From assembly GCF_963921235.1 (NCBI RefSeq), contig NC_086118.1:24306001-24370000 (forward strand): a stretch of 64,000 nucleotides of DNA, written 5' to 3'. Under the pieces are notes generated by a model. That model ran no database searches and was not told the origin of the DNA. It saw nothing but the letters and a program-made list of their open reading frames with translations. The DNA is from Mobula hypostoma (taxonomy: Eukaryota). A program made the position numbers and the translations under genes. Every line of letters begins with the position of its first letter. Positions within the stretch are counted from its first letter, which is position 1. Of the stretch, positions 13,109-26,395 are shown piece by piece.

Positions 13109-13435
13109 TTAGTGGAAGTTAGAGAAGTCGATGTTCATGCCATCAGGTTGGAGGCTACCCAGACGGAATATAAGGTGTTGTTCCTCCAACCTGAGTGTGG
13201 CTTCATCTTTACAGTAGAGGAGGCCGTGGATAGACATATCAGAATGGGAATGGGATGTGGAATTAAAATGTGTGGCCACTGGGAGATCCTGCTTTCTCTG
13301 GCGGACAGAGCGTAGATGTTCAAGAAAGCGGTCTCCCAGTCTGCGTCGGGTCTCGCCAATATATAAAAGGCCACATCGGGAGCACCGGACGCAGTATATC
13401 ACCCCAGCCGACTCACAGGTGAAGTGTTGCCTCAC
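13109..13435 (-). pseudogene. PLE GIY-YIG endonuclease domain (RT portion missing)
   Basis: GVIYCVRCSRCGLLYIGETRRRLGDRFLEH...HFN...LRLEEQHLIFRLGSLQPDGMN: GIY-YIG motif with PLE Cys/His residues. Confidence 0.9.
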
Positions 13436-16400
13436 CTGGAAGGACTGTTTGGGGCCCTGAATGAGGGTAAGGGAGGAAGTGTAAGGGCATGTGTAGCACT
13501 TGTTCCGCTTACACGGGTAAGTGCCAGGAGGGAGATCAGTGGGGAGGGATGGGGGGGACGAATGGAAAAGGGAGTTGCGTAGGGAGCGATCCCTGTGGAA
13601 TGCAGAGAGAGGGGGGGAGGGAATGATGTTAATTGATCTTAATAGAGGTTTATAAAATTATGAGGGGCATAGATAGAGTAGATCTTCTGAATCACTTTCC
13701 CAGGACAGGGAGCCAGAATTATGCCCACTGTTTAAGGTGGGAAGGGAAAAATTTAAAGGAGGTTTAAGGACATCTGGAAAGGGGCGGTCAGGGGAGATGG
13801 TGGAGACAGATAAAAAAAGCTTTTTAGACAGATACTTAGATAGGAAAGACATACCAGGATATGACAGAATGTGGGCAAATGGGATTAGCATAGGTAGACA
13901 TCATGGTCAGAACAGAACATGGCTTGTTTCTGTAGTGTGCGTTCCTGTAATTCTTGGAATTAAAGAATCTAAAAGAGACATTACAGTGATTTAAATAGCT
14001 ATTCACTTACATTAGATATGTTACCACAGAAAATACACAGTAGCCAGTAAGGTTTGATATAGATTAAAGGAACTGAAAATTAAATCATTCTATTGAACAA
14101 ATTGGGGAAGGTCAACTCAAACCTCTATTTTAAAAGAATCGAAAATAATATCTTCCTCTGTTCTATCAATTATTCCAAGCTGCAACATGTTTTTTTTTCT
14201 GAACTTACACTGCATGAGTCAAACAATCTGTTTCACTGTCTGCTTGTTCGACTGTAACTTTTACTTCTCTGGTTCATAGTAACAGCTAAAAATGGATCCC
14301 ATTCCATGAACTATTATTCTGCTCATTGAGAATAACATTAAATCAGTAGTATAAAGTGGAGTTTAGTACATTAGTGGTGAACAGAAGATAAAAACAATAG
14401 ATTATATAATGAAAAGTCAGCTAACTCACTTAATGTAATCAAAAAAATCTCATCTGTAAATAATTTTGACATTTTAAGCATTGTTGTACATTCCTCAAGT
14501 TCAAAGCTTCACTGGACTGGTAGTAATAATGGCAATCTTCCAACAGAGTGTAATAATACCAGGCTGTACCCTACAATAAATACTGCCTCTGCAAGGTCAT
14601 TCCCAGCATTGCAATCATGACATTGCTTCAATTAGATATAACATTCTAATGTAGGAATCTGATAGTGCAGTGATGCTGTTCTTGAGTGTGCAGGAAATTC
14701 AATTATCTTTTGATATGGAATGCAATTATAATATTTCCATGTCAAATAGTGTCAGCACTAAAACCCAACCAGGCCCATCCAACTGCAAATCATACTTCTG
14801 CCACTGATGGATTTTCCCATTACTTGCTCTCCAAATAACAACATTTCTTTCACAGCACCATCACCAAGGAAGGTAGATCGTTGTGATTTGACATGCACCT
14901 ATTGATATGTACTTCCTTAAAAATACAGTTTTAATAGTGCTGCTGCATTTCTGCGGTGCAATTTGAAGGCCCTATTCTCAGCAGGTTTCTGCCTGTCAGC
15001 GAGACCTTGGCCTAGATAAGTCTCACTTAATTTAGCAGTATACTTCTCAGGCCTCTCATACCTCTCCCAACATCACCCCATCCCACTGCTCCAGCATCCC
15101 AGGTCACCAGATTTCCTCTGCCCCCATCTGACAATCTATCGATGCAACCATTCAAATGCTATTGACCCTGATCCCTGATCTCTCTTGGTCATTCAGCAAC
15201 CTCTGTTCAGACCCTAATGCACAAGCCCTAATAGTCTCAATTCATGACCTCTCCAGGCCCCAGTGGGGCCAGTACATGATTCAGCTTCCAATCAGTGACC
15301 TCTCTTCCCACTCCCACTTCTGCCACCCCTGCAATGCCATGGGCCTGGACCTGCTTACTTGATACTTCTCTGCATGCTCTGCATTTGCATAATATTGAAA
15401 CCAAAATGTGCAGGGCAATTTTATAGCCCCTCTGCCTTGGGCCTTGGGCACAAATAAATTTTTAAGTCGCAAACCCATAACCAAAATAATTACTGGATCA
15501 GTGTGTAAAAACGGATTAATGAGTCCCTGTGAGATTCACAGAATTTCTAGGCCTCTTTCTTGTCTTTGTTAATATTTATACCAACAGGATGTGAATGTAT
15601 TTTTTATGACATTTGGCTAAATTATATAAGGTATGACTCAGTTTTGTAATTAGCTATAGTGCAACAAAATACTTTCAGGGTTGATATATCTATGTTCTGT
15701 CAGATCAGAAGTGATGGAAGCTGAATACTAGCTGTTCCTCAATGGTGCCACTTATCATAATTATAAGTGCATTCAAATTTTATTGTCCATTTGTCACAAA
15801 TAGATATTCATTTCTTACCACAGTTATAAAATATATAACTGTAAGAGGAACATATTACTGCTCATGTTGTTCTTAAATTTAAAGTTATATGGAGAGTGAC
15901 AAGTAAACACAAGTGATTATAAAATCATTTAGGTTTATTTCACAGATCTCTGGTGCATGTTTGAAATCAATAATGGTGGTGCTGATTTGAATGACATACT
16001 GAAGTTCAATTAACATTGGTAACACTACCATCACAAATACAGAGTGGTATTAACTGCAATCACTTTTCCCATTTCAGTTGGACTTGGTAACTGGGTCCAA
16101 TTAATTATACTGAAGATATCACTGATGCTTGTATTCAAAATTTAAGAGAAAATCAGGAATTGAGTGATATGGTTACAGCAGAATAAAATATAAAATGCTG
16201 AATATATGGAGAAGATCAGTTGGCCTTTGAAACTAAGATTTAAGTTACCTGTTATATGTGATCTTGCATTTGTACTCAAAGGTAGATAACACTGAGAGTG
16301 GATTTCTCCATCTCCGGAACTTAACCCTCCTCACCCCTACTTCAGCTCATATGCTGTGATGAATTCCATCCATAGCTCTGCCATCTTTACACACAGTTTT

Positions 16401-17279
16401 TCTCTTACCTGGTCTCTGTGTTTTGACTTGTGTAAACCAGTTTATCCAAAGTTCTCCTGCTCGTGGATTATCCAGCATCACATCTCACATTGCCTTTATT
16501 ATCGTCTCTTTTCCTTAGGTTTCTTGTACTTTCAACACCTCTGCTGTCCCATTCCTGCTTCTTCCTTCAACCAGCATCTGAGTCTTCTAGAATTCTCTTT
16601 TATTCCAGACCTTAGTATACCTTAAAGCATGCCAGCAATTGAGCAGTAATCTGAATTACTGATTGGTGATCTTGGAATATTACAGTACTGGAGATGGATC
16701 AGATAAGATAGTCTGAAGCAATCGAAGGGTCTGGAAAAGAAGTTCACTCTCTGGTCAAAGAATTTCAAGGGCATTATGTTATTTAATGTGTTTAATACTT
16801 TTGACAGGGGCTAAATTACTTGCATTTTCCAAGAGTTATGTTTTAGTATCAGTGAAGGGATTGGCAATTCTGACTTTTTTGGTGTAAGAGTACTTTTACT
16901 TCCCAACCCCCTTCTTAATCTCCACCAGTCCACTTGTTGTTTATCTGCTTTCGACATGAACAATCTCCTACATTACCCATTTTGTGACCCCCCCCACTTC
17001 TGCTTCCATCTATTTACTACCCACACATTTTACTCACCGGATCCCCACCCCACTCCCCCTCTTTTGATACCATCTGCCCACTTCTCCCCTATGGTTCCCA
17101 TTAACAACATCCTTACTCATCAGATTCCAGCACGAGCTTTGTGTTCATCCACCTAACTGTCTCCGCCTTCACCCTCCTCTACCCCTCTCCAGCACTTGTG
17201 TCTGCCTCCCAACTTCACCGAACACCTTCTCGCACCTAGATCTCGCAATGTCCCCTATTTTCTTAATGCTAGCTCAAAG

Positions 17280-19420
17280 CTCAAACCTCAAAAGTTCACA
17301 GCAAACTTAAGAAGAAGCCAGACTCTACTCTGAGATTTGTTGTTTTATTTGAGGCAGTTACAGGAAAAAAATAAAGAAATACACTGAAATTTATGAAAAA
17401 CTGTACATAAACAAAGTCTGACCAACAACCAACGTGCAAAAGAAGATAAACTGTGCAAATATAAAAAGTTAATACAGAGGACATGAGTTATACAGAATCC
17501 TTGAAAGTGAGTTTGTAGATTGTAGAATCAATTCAGAGTTGTGGTGAGTGAAATTACCTACATGGGCCCAGGAACTCAATGGATGTAGATAATAACTGTT
17601 GGTGAATCTGGTACTGTGGGACCTAAGGATTCTGTACCATCTGCTCAATGGGTGTAGTGAGAAGATAGCATGTTCTGGATGGTAGAGGTCCTTGACGACA
17701 GACGCTGCTTCCTTGTGGCAACACTTTATGGAAACGCACTTACTGGTGGAGAAGGGTTTGCTTATGTTAGACTGGGCTGTATCTTTCTGCTAGCTCTTCC
17801 GTTCCTGAGCGTTGGTGTTTCCATACCAGGCCGTGATGCAGCAGTTAGTATACTTTCCACTGTGCCTCTATAGAAGTTTGCCAACATGTTTGGTGACATG
17901 CCAATTCTAAATAAACTTCAAAGAAAGTAGAGGCAATGTTGGACTAGTCCCAGGACGGATCCTCTGATATGTTAATGCCATAGAATTTAAAGCTACTGAC
18001 ACTCTCCATCTCCATACTCCTAATGAGGGCTGGCTTATGGACTTCTGGCTTCATTTTCCTGTAGTCGATAATCAGCTCTTTGGTTTTATTGATGTTGGGT
18101 GAGGGGTTGTTTTTGTGGCACCACTCAACCAGATTTTCAATCTTTCTTCTATATGCTGATTTGTCACCGCCTTTGATTCGGCCAACAGCTGTAATGTAGT
18201 CAGCAAACTTGTTTACAGCCATTGGACTCTGTACGTAGCCATGCTACCACAGAAATAAAGTGCGAGGGCTAAGTGAGGTTGCAGCTGTGCTGATTGTAAG
18301 TGTGGAGGAGATGTTGCTGCTAATCTGTACGGACTTGGGTCTGTCAGTGAGGAAATTGAGGATCACGTTGCACATGGAGGTATCGAGGTTCGGGTCTTGG
18401 AAATAAATTATGAGTTTCGAGGGGATGCTCGTGTTGAATGCTGAGCTGTAGTTAATGAAAAACATCCTGGTGTATGCATCTTCATCTTCTAGGTATTCCA
18501 AGGCTGAGTGAAGAGCCAATTAAAATGGGATCTGCTGTTGACCTGCTGGAACAGTAGGCAAATTTTGGCAGATTTGATATGCTTCATGCCCAACCCCTTG
18601 AAGCGCTTCATTATAGTGAATGTAATGGCCCTGGGCAGTAGTCACTGAAGCAGGTTACCACACTCTTCTTGTTGAAGCCTGCTTGAAGCAGGTGGATACC
18701 TCAGATTGCCAAGGCAGAGGTTGAAGATGTCCATAAATACTCCAGCCAGTTGATTTGCACAAGATTTCAGTACTCAGTCTGTTACATTGCCTGGGCCAGA
18801 TGCATTCCATGGGTTTACCCTGCTGAAGGATGTTCCCATGTGGGCCTGGACACTGAGCTCACAGGGTTATTAAGAGCTGTTGGGTTCGTGAACATCCATG
18901 TTCTGTCAGTCAAAGGGAGCATAAAAGACACTGAGGTCATCTGCGAGCAAAACCTTGCTGTCATTTATGTTGCTTAGTGTTGCTTTGTAGGAGGTGATGG
19001 CATTCAAGCCCTCTCACAGTTATCAAGCATCCCTTAGTGATTCAAGTTCTGTCTGGGATTTCCACTTCACATGCAGAGCGGCTTACTGGAGGTCATCTCT
19101 GAAATTCTTATACTTTCCTCGTTCACCTGTCCTGAATTCCACTAATCTAGCCCTCATCAAATTATGAAAATCTTGGCTCATCCAGGACTTCTGGTTGGAG
19201 AAGATTCCGAGTGATTTTGTGGGGAGAAACTCATCCATAAGTCTCTTTATAAAGTCTATGACAACGGTTACATATTCATTCAGATCCTCTGATGAGTCCT
19301 TAAACATGGCCTCTCCACTGACTCTGAAGAATTTCATGGCTGCTCTTCTGCCTTCTGTGGCCATCTCTTTGTTGTCTATACTTCCAGTGCCTTGTTCTTT
19401 AGTCTTTGCCAACATGCAGA
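17280..19420 (-). mobile_element. Rex/Babar-type LINE, RT region to 3' tail, disrupted
   Basis: ALHSALEYLEDEDAYTRMFFINYSSAFNT and NKFADYITAVGRI (RT motifs); tail ...TGTGAACTTTTGAGGTTTGAGCTTTGA. Confidence 0.88.
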
Positions 19421-20142
19421 TTGGAGGACAGCCAGATGGTCGGATTTCATGGACTGTGGTCAAGAGATGGAATGGTAGGTAGTCTTGATGGTAGTGTAGT
19501 AGTGGTTGAGTGTGTTGGGTCTTCCCTCTCCATTCTCATACCTGATACAGGGTCTTGACATGAAACATTGACAGGTCCTGTAACCCAACAGAGACTGGTC
19601 AATTTGCTAAGTTCCTCTAGTACTGGTGGCTTCCCAAAGACAATAACAAATAAACACAAAATTCTTTCTGACCTCTTAATAAATAACAAATTAAACAAAT
19701 TTGTTGTGGCTATCATCTTTAAAAGGGGAAGTGTTCAAAGACAAATGTGTGAAAGCACAGATATGGGCTTGTGATAAAATGGTTAATTATTATCAATAGC
19801 TGTGGAATGCTCAGTATTTAGCATTTATTTCTCAACCTCCATGACCTGTTGTGTTGGAGAGTGGATGTGATAATCTAGGCTACCTATTGTTCATTGTACA
19901 GCTCAGCTGATTTGTTGCTATTAATGTCATTGTATGAAATAGAATTAATGTGGGTTGGCATGTAACTCGAAGTTTTATCATGCATTATTTCTAAGTGTAT
20001 TGTATCAATTTAGTAAATTGGTATGAAGCAGCAGAAAGCATTAGCTATTAAAATACTGCAATCTCATTTTGTTTTCCGTTACATTTTGTTATGTCTATCT
20101 AATTCTGGCCCAGATTTAAATGCTGAATTTCTGTTTTCAAAA

Positions 20143-20310
20143 AAAAACACAAGAGATTCTCAAAATGCTGAAAATCCAGAGTAACACAAGCAAAATGCTG
20201 GAAAGTCCTGATGAAGGGTCTTGGCCAGAAACGACAACTGTTTATTCCTTTCCATAGATTCTGCCTGACATGCCGAATTCCTCCTGCATTTTGTATGTAT
20301 TACTCTCTTT
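20143..20310. mobile_element. Degenerate PLE pseudo-LTR foldback
   Basis: CAAAATGCTGGA arm versus TCCTGCATTTTG arm; AGTCCTGATGAAGGGTCTTGGCCAGAAAC core. Confidence 0.7.
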
Positions 20311-21034
20311 TTTCTAGATTCAAAACATTCAAATATGAAATATTACATTCTGCAGATAGGAATAAATTTTTAGACTTGCTATTGTTGTTCTGATGGAATA
20401 AATTAAAACTTAATGAAACGAGGGTGAAAAATATTACCCTACCAAATGGGAGAAAGCGATCGGAAAATCTGACAGATTAGAAGTGACATGGAACGAGTGG
20501 GTGTATAAAGAAAAGATGGGAAAGAAACATTTTGCAGGCAGGATGTTTGGTTCTTCCTTTGCTGAAGGTATATCATGGTTGAGAAGAAATTAAAATATAG
20601 AACAATAATCATTGAGAGCTGGGGAAATTTTAGATATGAACTAAAGCACTTGAAGCTCCATGGTATGTTGAGTGGTAATGCCCAGGTAATGCCTAGGCAA
20701 TCTGTGTGACCAATTTTGAACAGCAAATAGATATTTAGTCTTAGGGAATTGAAATATTCTAAACTAACCAGTTGTAGATGTGCCTTACAGATCATGTCAA
20801 AATTTTACCAAATATTCCATTAACTTTGAAAAAAATTAACAACAGTTTTTCTCAAAAATATTGCTTTCTCAGAGTTAAGAGCTATGATTGCTCAACCAAA
20901 AATAAGTAATCACTGAACTTCAATAAAACTGAATAGTTTCTTCAATAATGAAATGCATGCAGAGCAATTTTATTGTAAGAGTTTTAGAAGATAATTCATT
21001 AACGTTATGGCATTATTTTGGGAAAATGTAATTA

Positions 21035-21765
21035 TTTGAGGTTGAGAGGGTTGAGAGCTTAAAGTCCCAAGGAGTGATCATCACTCCTGCACTGCTCTGT
21101 CCTAGTCCAGTCACATTAACACCATGGCCAAGAAAGCTCACCAATACCTCTATTTCCTTAGATCTTTAAAGACATTTGACGAGTTCCTTGCCACTTTGTG
21201 CATCCTACCTGGAGGCATGATCGCTTGGTATGGCAACCGCTATGTCCGTGACTGGAAGAAACTTTAGAGAGTTGTGCACACAGCTTAGCACATCATGAAA
21301 GTCAAAATCCCCTCGAGGAACTCTGTCTATACTTCTTCCTGCCTCATCAAAGTAGCCAGCATAATCAAGAAAATCACCCATTCCAGGCATTCTCTCTACT
21401 CTCTTCTCCCCTCATCCATCAGGCAGAAGGTAGAGAAATCTGAGAACATGTACCACCAGGCTGAAGGACAGCTTCTACCCTGTTGATATAACACTAATGA
21501 ACAGCAACTTAGTACGATAAAACGGGAACCCTGACCTCACAATCTACCTTGTTATGACCTTGTAATTTTAATGTCTACCTGCACCACCTTTTCTCTGTAG
21601 CTGTTGCAATTTATTCTGAGTTCTTCTCACTGTTTTATTTTCTTCTGCCTCAATGCACTATGTAATGATTTAATATGTATGAACAGTATGCAAGACAGAC
21701 AAGCTTTTCACTGTATCTTGGTAGATGTGACAATAATAAACCCAATTCGAATATCAATTCCATTT
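21035..21765 (+). mobile_element. Rex/Babar-type LINE 3' fragment
   Basis: CLIKVASIIKKITHSRHSLYSLLPS peptide; tail GTGACAATAATAAACCCAATT. Confidence 0.75.
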
Positions 21766-22189
21766 CAGAGTGAGCAATAGACAAGAACCCATGGAATTGG
21801 CCAGGAAGCACGTTCAGTGTCAGGCATGTGACAGGTTCAAATTCCAACTTTTATGAATATTCTTCTCATCTTGGGTTTGAAATGCTGCCCTCTGATTGCA
21901 AACACTAGATCTAATCACTGGGTACTTGGGGATCATTTGGACTCGTCTCTTCAGAGAGGACCAATCCACTCTCCCAGGAAGAGAACCAGAAATCATTTTC
22001 CATCATTCAGATTATTAGATGGTAAAGCAGGTTAGACCATTAGCATTTTGCATTTCACACTGCTCCAGTTTCCCTTGCCTTTCTTATGCAAAAGAAATTC
22101 AACAACACAGATGAAGAAAAGGACAAAAAAATCTTCACATTTTGCTGTCCTTTGCTAAGTAGGCAAAGTAAGGAATCAAAGGCAGCTAA

Positions 22190-22990
22190 TATCACTACCC
22201 TCTTCTCACTACTGCCATTGGGCAGGAGCTACAGAAGGCTTACTTCCCACACCACCACTTTCAGGAACAGATATCACCCTAAAACCATAAGGTTCCTGAT
22301 TCAGCATGGATATGTTCAATCACACCGCTCTGAACTGACTCTATGACCCACAGGCTCGCTTTCAAGGACTCTTTTGTTGTGTATTTAATATTTCAGTAAT
22401 CTTTGAGTAATATTGTAAATATATTGTTTGATTAAGCATTCGTTGTTGTTTACATAATTCATTACAGGTTGTATGTATGAAGTACGTGAATGAGATATCT
22501 CGTTTTGCCTCTATGTCATAAGTGTGCACCTCACCAAAATAGAAGTGAAGTATACACATTTATCTCTGGCTCCATGTTTTAGCTTTATGTTTTGGAGTTA
22601 CAAAATATAACAATGGCAATTATCAACTATTAAAACAAACCTGAGATGACGGCCTTCCTTTTGAAACGCAGCATGTTTTCCTTCACAAGGGGTGAGTAAT
22701 ACATTCGAGATAAAAAACAGTGCGTCATATTTTCTTTCTAAACTAAAAATTAATCGTACATGTTTACCCCCGGCTCTGTGTTTTTCTGACAATTAGTTTC
22801 ATGTTTTGGAGTTACAAAACATAACAGTTTATAACTCACGTTCTCAGCATTTTTTTTTACTTACGCAGTTTTTCTTCTTTTGCCCATTGGTTATTTGTCA
22901 ATCTTTATGCATACTTTTTTTCTGTTTCCTGTAAATGCCTGCAAGAAAATGAATCACATAGGTACTTTGATGATATATCTACTTTGAATT
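22190..22990 (+). mobile_element. Rex/Babar LINE 3' fragment hosting an LTR relic
   Basis: LFSLLPLGRSYRRLTSHTTTFRNRYHP; UTR TTCAAGGACTC...ATAACTCACGTTCTCAG is interrupted at 22375-22826. Confidence 0.75.
22375..22826 (+). mobile_element. Internally deleted Gypsy relic: 5' LTR (22375-22612), short internal stub, partial 3' LTR
   Basis: TG...CA termini; end TGTTTTGGAGTTACAAAA(T/C)ATAACA occurs twice; homologous to LTR 50573-50800. Confidence 0.75.
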
Positions 22991-23250
22991 TTAAAAGGTC
23001 CAATGATTTGTAGATGGAAACAAACCTCAGTAGCCATGCTACATCTAGTCAAGAATGTCAATGGATCTCCTGGCAAAGATATCCCAATGTATCCCAATGT
23101 AGTTCCCAATAGTCTTATAGAGTCAGGGAAAACCATAGCTCAGAAACAGGGCCTTTGGCCCACCTAGTCTATGCCAAACCATTTAAACTGCTGAGTCCCC
23201 AAATGTATGGATCTTTATCCATGTGAGATTAAAAAGTCCCCAAATCCAAG

Positions 23251-23880
23251 GCGGGTGGAGAAGATGGCGGTGCGACGCAGCATGCGCGGCCATTCCGAAT
23301 GATATCATATGTGTTAACTAGGGGGCCGTGCACAATCCTGATTTGATGGAGACAGCCGTGAGAGGCACGGAGGAACACCTGGAGAAACTTCTGAAATGCC
23401 CGCTTCGCTGCCGCTGCTACTGTGCAATTGAGAATCCTCGGCTTTGCCTATTGCCTGTTGCCGGGGCCAGGGTCAAAGCACTCGGCAGAGATGGTGCTCG
23501 GTGCTCGGTTTCAGAGAGCTGGTCGGAGGCTCGGAGTTTTCGGACGGACTCGGAGTCGGACTGTGGTCGGATGCTTCCAGGATGCTGCATCGGCAATTTT
23601 GCGGCGCTGGAGGTTCACCGTCTGCGTGAGATGATGGGACTTTTGAAAGATTTTGAGACTTTTTACTGTGCCCATGGTCTGTTCTTATCAAATTACGGTA
23701 TTGCTTTGCACTGTTGTAACTATAGGTTATAGTTATGTTGTTTTTGTCAGTTTTTCAGTTGGTTTGTCATGTGTTTCTGTGATATCATTCTGGAAAAACA
23801 TTGTATCACTTTTTAATGCATGAATTACTAAATGACAATAAAAGAGGACTGTGTGTCCTCATAATCTAATAATCTAATCT
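23251..23880 (+). mobile_element. Non-autonomous retroposon family A, full-length copy
   Basis: Starts GGAGAAGATGGCGG, ends ACAATAAAAGAGGACTG.GTGTCCTCAT(AATCT)n; homologous to 42670-43160 and 44591-45211. Confidence 0.85.
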
Positions 23881-24164
23881 GAAACACATTAATACAATGC
23901 AACAGAATTAACGAGGTAACTAACATTTTATGCAGTATGTCAGTGACAACCTGAAAATTTGCCCGGATAAGTTCTATTTCAAGACAAGGAAAAGATTAGC
24001 AAGTTTTGCATTTACCAAGTAATGATGCAGCTTGCTTGGGTGCTCTCTACTATGCACCTGCAGGATGCCGTGAGTACAGATATGCCCAGCTCTTTTCAGC
24101 CGCCTCAGAAAGTAGAGGTATTGGTGAGCTTTGGAGGTTTTGGTTCCTTAAGCTTGTTATAGCC

Positions 24165-24700
24165 GGGGCTGGCAATAAAGGCAAACTCCCGCTATCTATT
24201 AAATGCTCCCAAAGGTGTACCACTCAAACAACCTCCGCCAACTAAGTCCAGCACCTGGCCTTCACGTGTGGCTTAGCTACTAAGCCCGTTGGAACCATTT
24301 CTACTGACAGGAGAAGGGGCTAAGATGGGTTATTGACACCTTAAAACCAGTTGCTTTGGGCAGATGACGCTCATCAGCCATGATTGGCAGCTCATCTAGG
24401 AGAAGGAAAACTCTAATCTCAAACTTCTGCTGCCTTGCAGCTATACCCACTCATGAGGAAAGCTTTGGGAGTAAACCCCGAGGGAAAAATCCAGAGCTGG
24501 AGTTCCTAAGGCAGTCCTACAACGAGTTCAGTGCTGAATGGCAACTCCTGCGATGTTCCTGGTACCAAACTGCATTGGTCTCTGCTCTTCCTTTGGATTC
24601 ATCGGGTGCATGGAGAGGGGGAGCTTGCTACATGGGCAATTGCTTGCTGTCCATATCGTACTGCCCTGGCTTGCATATCCAGACAGCCAAGATGCAACAT
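24165..24700 (+). mobile_element. Probable RTE-clade 5' UTR-derived element
   Basis: Structured GC-richer segment; 24560-24675 is homologous to the SINE body at 10578-10685. Confidence 0.5.
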
Positions 24701-24724
24701 GATCAACGGAGGCTTCACTCACTC

Positions 24725-26003
24725 ACCGTGAGCTTTCCTGACAGTGCAAAATGTGCTCCGGAACTATGACAAGTTGTGCAAGATGTGCACTCCTGCGCAG
24801 CCAATGTAAGGAAGTGTGTGAGTGGTGTGAGTTCACCTGAAGTCGGTAACGGTCTCATATGTCTTGTTGACATTGAGGAAGGGGTTATTTGCCTGGCACC
24901 CGGCCTGGGGCTCTTCCACCTCCTCTTTGTAGGCCATCTCATCATTGTCAGTGATGATCCCCACCACTGTCGCGTCATCAGCGAACTGCACATTGCGATT
25001 ACTTGGGTGTTTGGCTGTGCGGTCATGAGTGAGCAGGATGTACGGCAATGGGCTCAGCACGCAGCTACGGGGAATACTTGTGTTGAGGATGGTGGAGCAG
25101 GAGGAGCGGTTGTGCATCTTGACCCTCTGTGGTCTGTTGGTTAGGAAGTCCTATGCCCCATTGCACAGTGGTATAGTCTGTTTAGACCTCGGAGTAGGAG
25201 TTTGTTCAACAAGGTCTGTGGGACAGCAGTGTTGAATACTGAATTAGAATCCAGAAACAGCGTTCTGACTGAAGTGTCCTTGAAGTGACTAAGTCAGGCC
25301 CAGGTGTATGACAAATGTTATGGAATCTGTCGTAAGCATATTGGTGAGTGTCTAATGGAGTTTTTGACGTGTGCCATTACCAGCCACTCAAAGCACTTCA
25401 TGATGATTGCTGTCTGTGCCACTAGTGGTAGTTGTTTAGTTCTGAACGTGTCGTGTTCTTCGGTACAGGGATGATGGTGGCTGATTTGAAGTACATGGGG
25501 ACAGCAGCCTGGATGAGTGAAGTGTTGAAGATGTCAGTGAGCTGGTGTGAACACACCATGAGTCCTCAGCCTGGGAAGTTTCTGGCCTGGCCACCTTATG
25601 GAGATTGACTCTCTGCAGAGTTCTTCTCATGTCTGCTTCTTTTACAGACTCACTGGGGGAGGAGGGGAGTAACTTTCGTGGCTGGTGATGTGTTGCATGC
25701 TGTGAAGTGTGTATATAAGTTGCTAGTCCAAGCAGTTTTTCCGTGCATCGTCAGTAATGCCCTTGATGCCCAGCCACATACGCTGGGGATTATTATCAGA
25801 CAGGTGTTCCCGAATTTTAAAGCATAGGCAGCTCTTGGTCTCTTGGTGCATAAGATGAAGTTTATCCAGGCTGCTGTGAGAGCTGTTCTGTAACCAGACT
25901 TGAGTGCCGCACCCTGGCCTTTTAGTAGGGAACGTACTTCCGCATTCAGCCAGAGTTTCTGACTGGGTGGTGAGATGACTGTTCTTGAGTACCAGCATCA
26001 TAA

Positions 26004-26049
<46 letters not shown>

Positions 26050-26078
26050 ACACACACACGCACACACCCACACACACA

Positions 26079-26117
<39 letters not shown>

Positions 26118-26395
26118 ACCCACCCAAGGACAGATGAGGCATTTTTCTCAGGTTCTGTGTCTTCTCCGTATGTGTGGTCTCCTTGAACCTATGCCACTCA
26201 GTCCATTCAAAACAGTCCTGAAGCATAGAGATTCCTTCATTAGGCCAGACAGTGATAGCCCTCTTGACTGGTTTCTCCATTTTCAGCAGTGGTCGATATG
26301 CTGAGATTAACATTATGCAGATGTGGCTAGAGAGGCCAAGATGAAGGTGTGGGATGGCTTTGTAAGAACTGCCTCTGTGTAAACTTGGTTGAGAC
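24725..26395 (-). mobile_element. Rex/Babar-type LINE fragment with RT
   Basis: TIILN/SIPRSCVLSPLPYILLTHD...VQFADDATVVGIITDNDE and LISAYRPLLKMEKPV...LQDCFEWTEW peptides. Confidence 0.85.
26006..26115. repeat. Imperfect (CA)n microsatellite
   Basis: Seen directly. Confidence 0.95.

Larger units (their letters stand above)
12715..13631 (-). mobile_element. Penelope-like element (Neptune-type), 5'-truncated
   Basis: 11-bp TSD ATTGATCTTAA at 12704-12714 and 13632-13642; GIY-YIG ORF followed by hammerhead-containing pseudo-LTR. Confidence 0.92.
12225..13955 (+). mobile_element. Degenerate CR1 3' fragment split by a PLE insertion
   Basis: CR1 ORF2-like sequence on both sides of 12715-13631; resumes as ATAGAGGTTTATAAAATTATGAGGGGCATAGATAGAG. 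Confidence 0.75.

Noticed and set aside
25723..26313. ORF with poly-CV tract (and poly-HT on the other strand)
   Set aside because: Translation of a (CA)n microsatellite inside a LINE fragment
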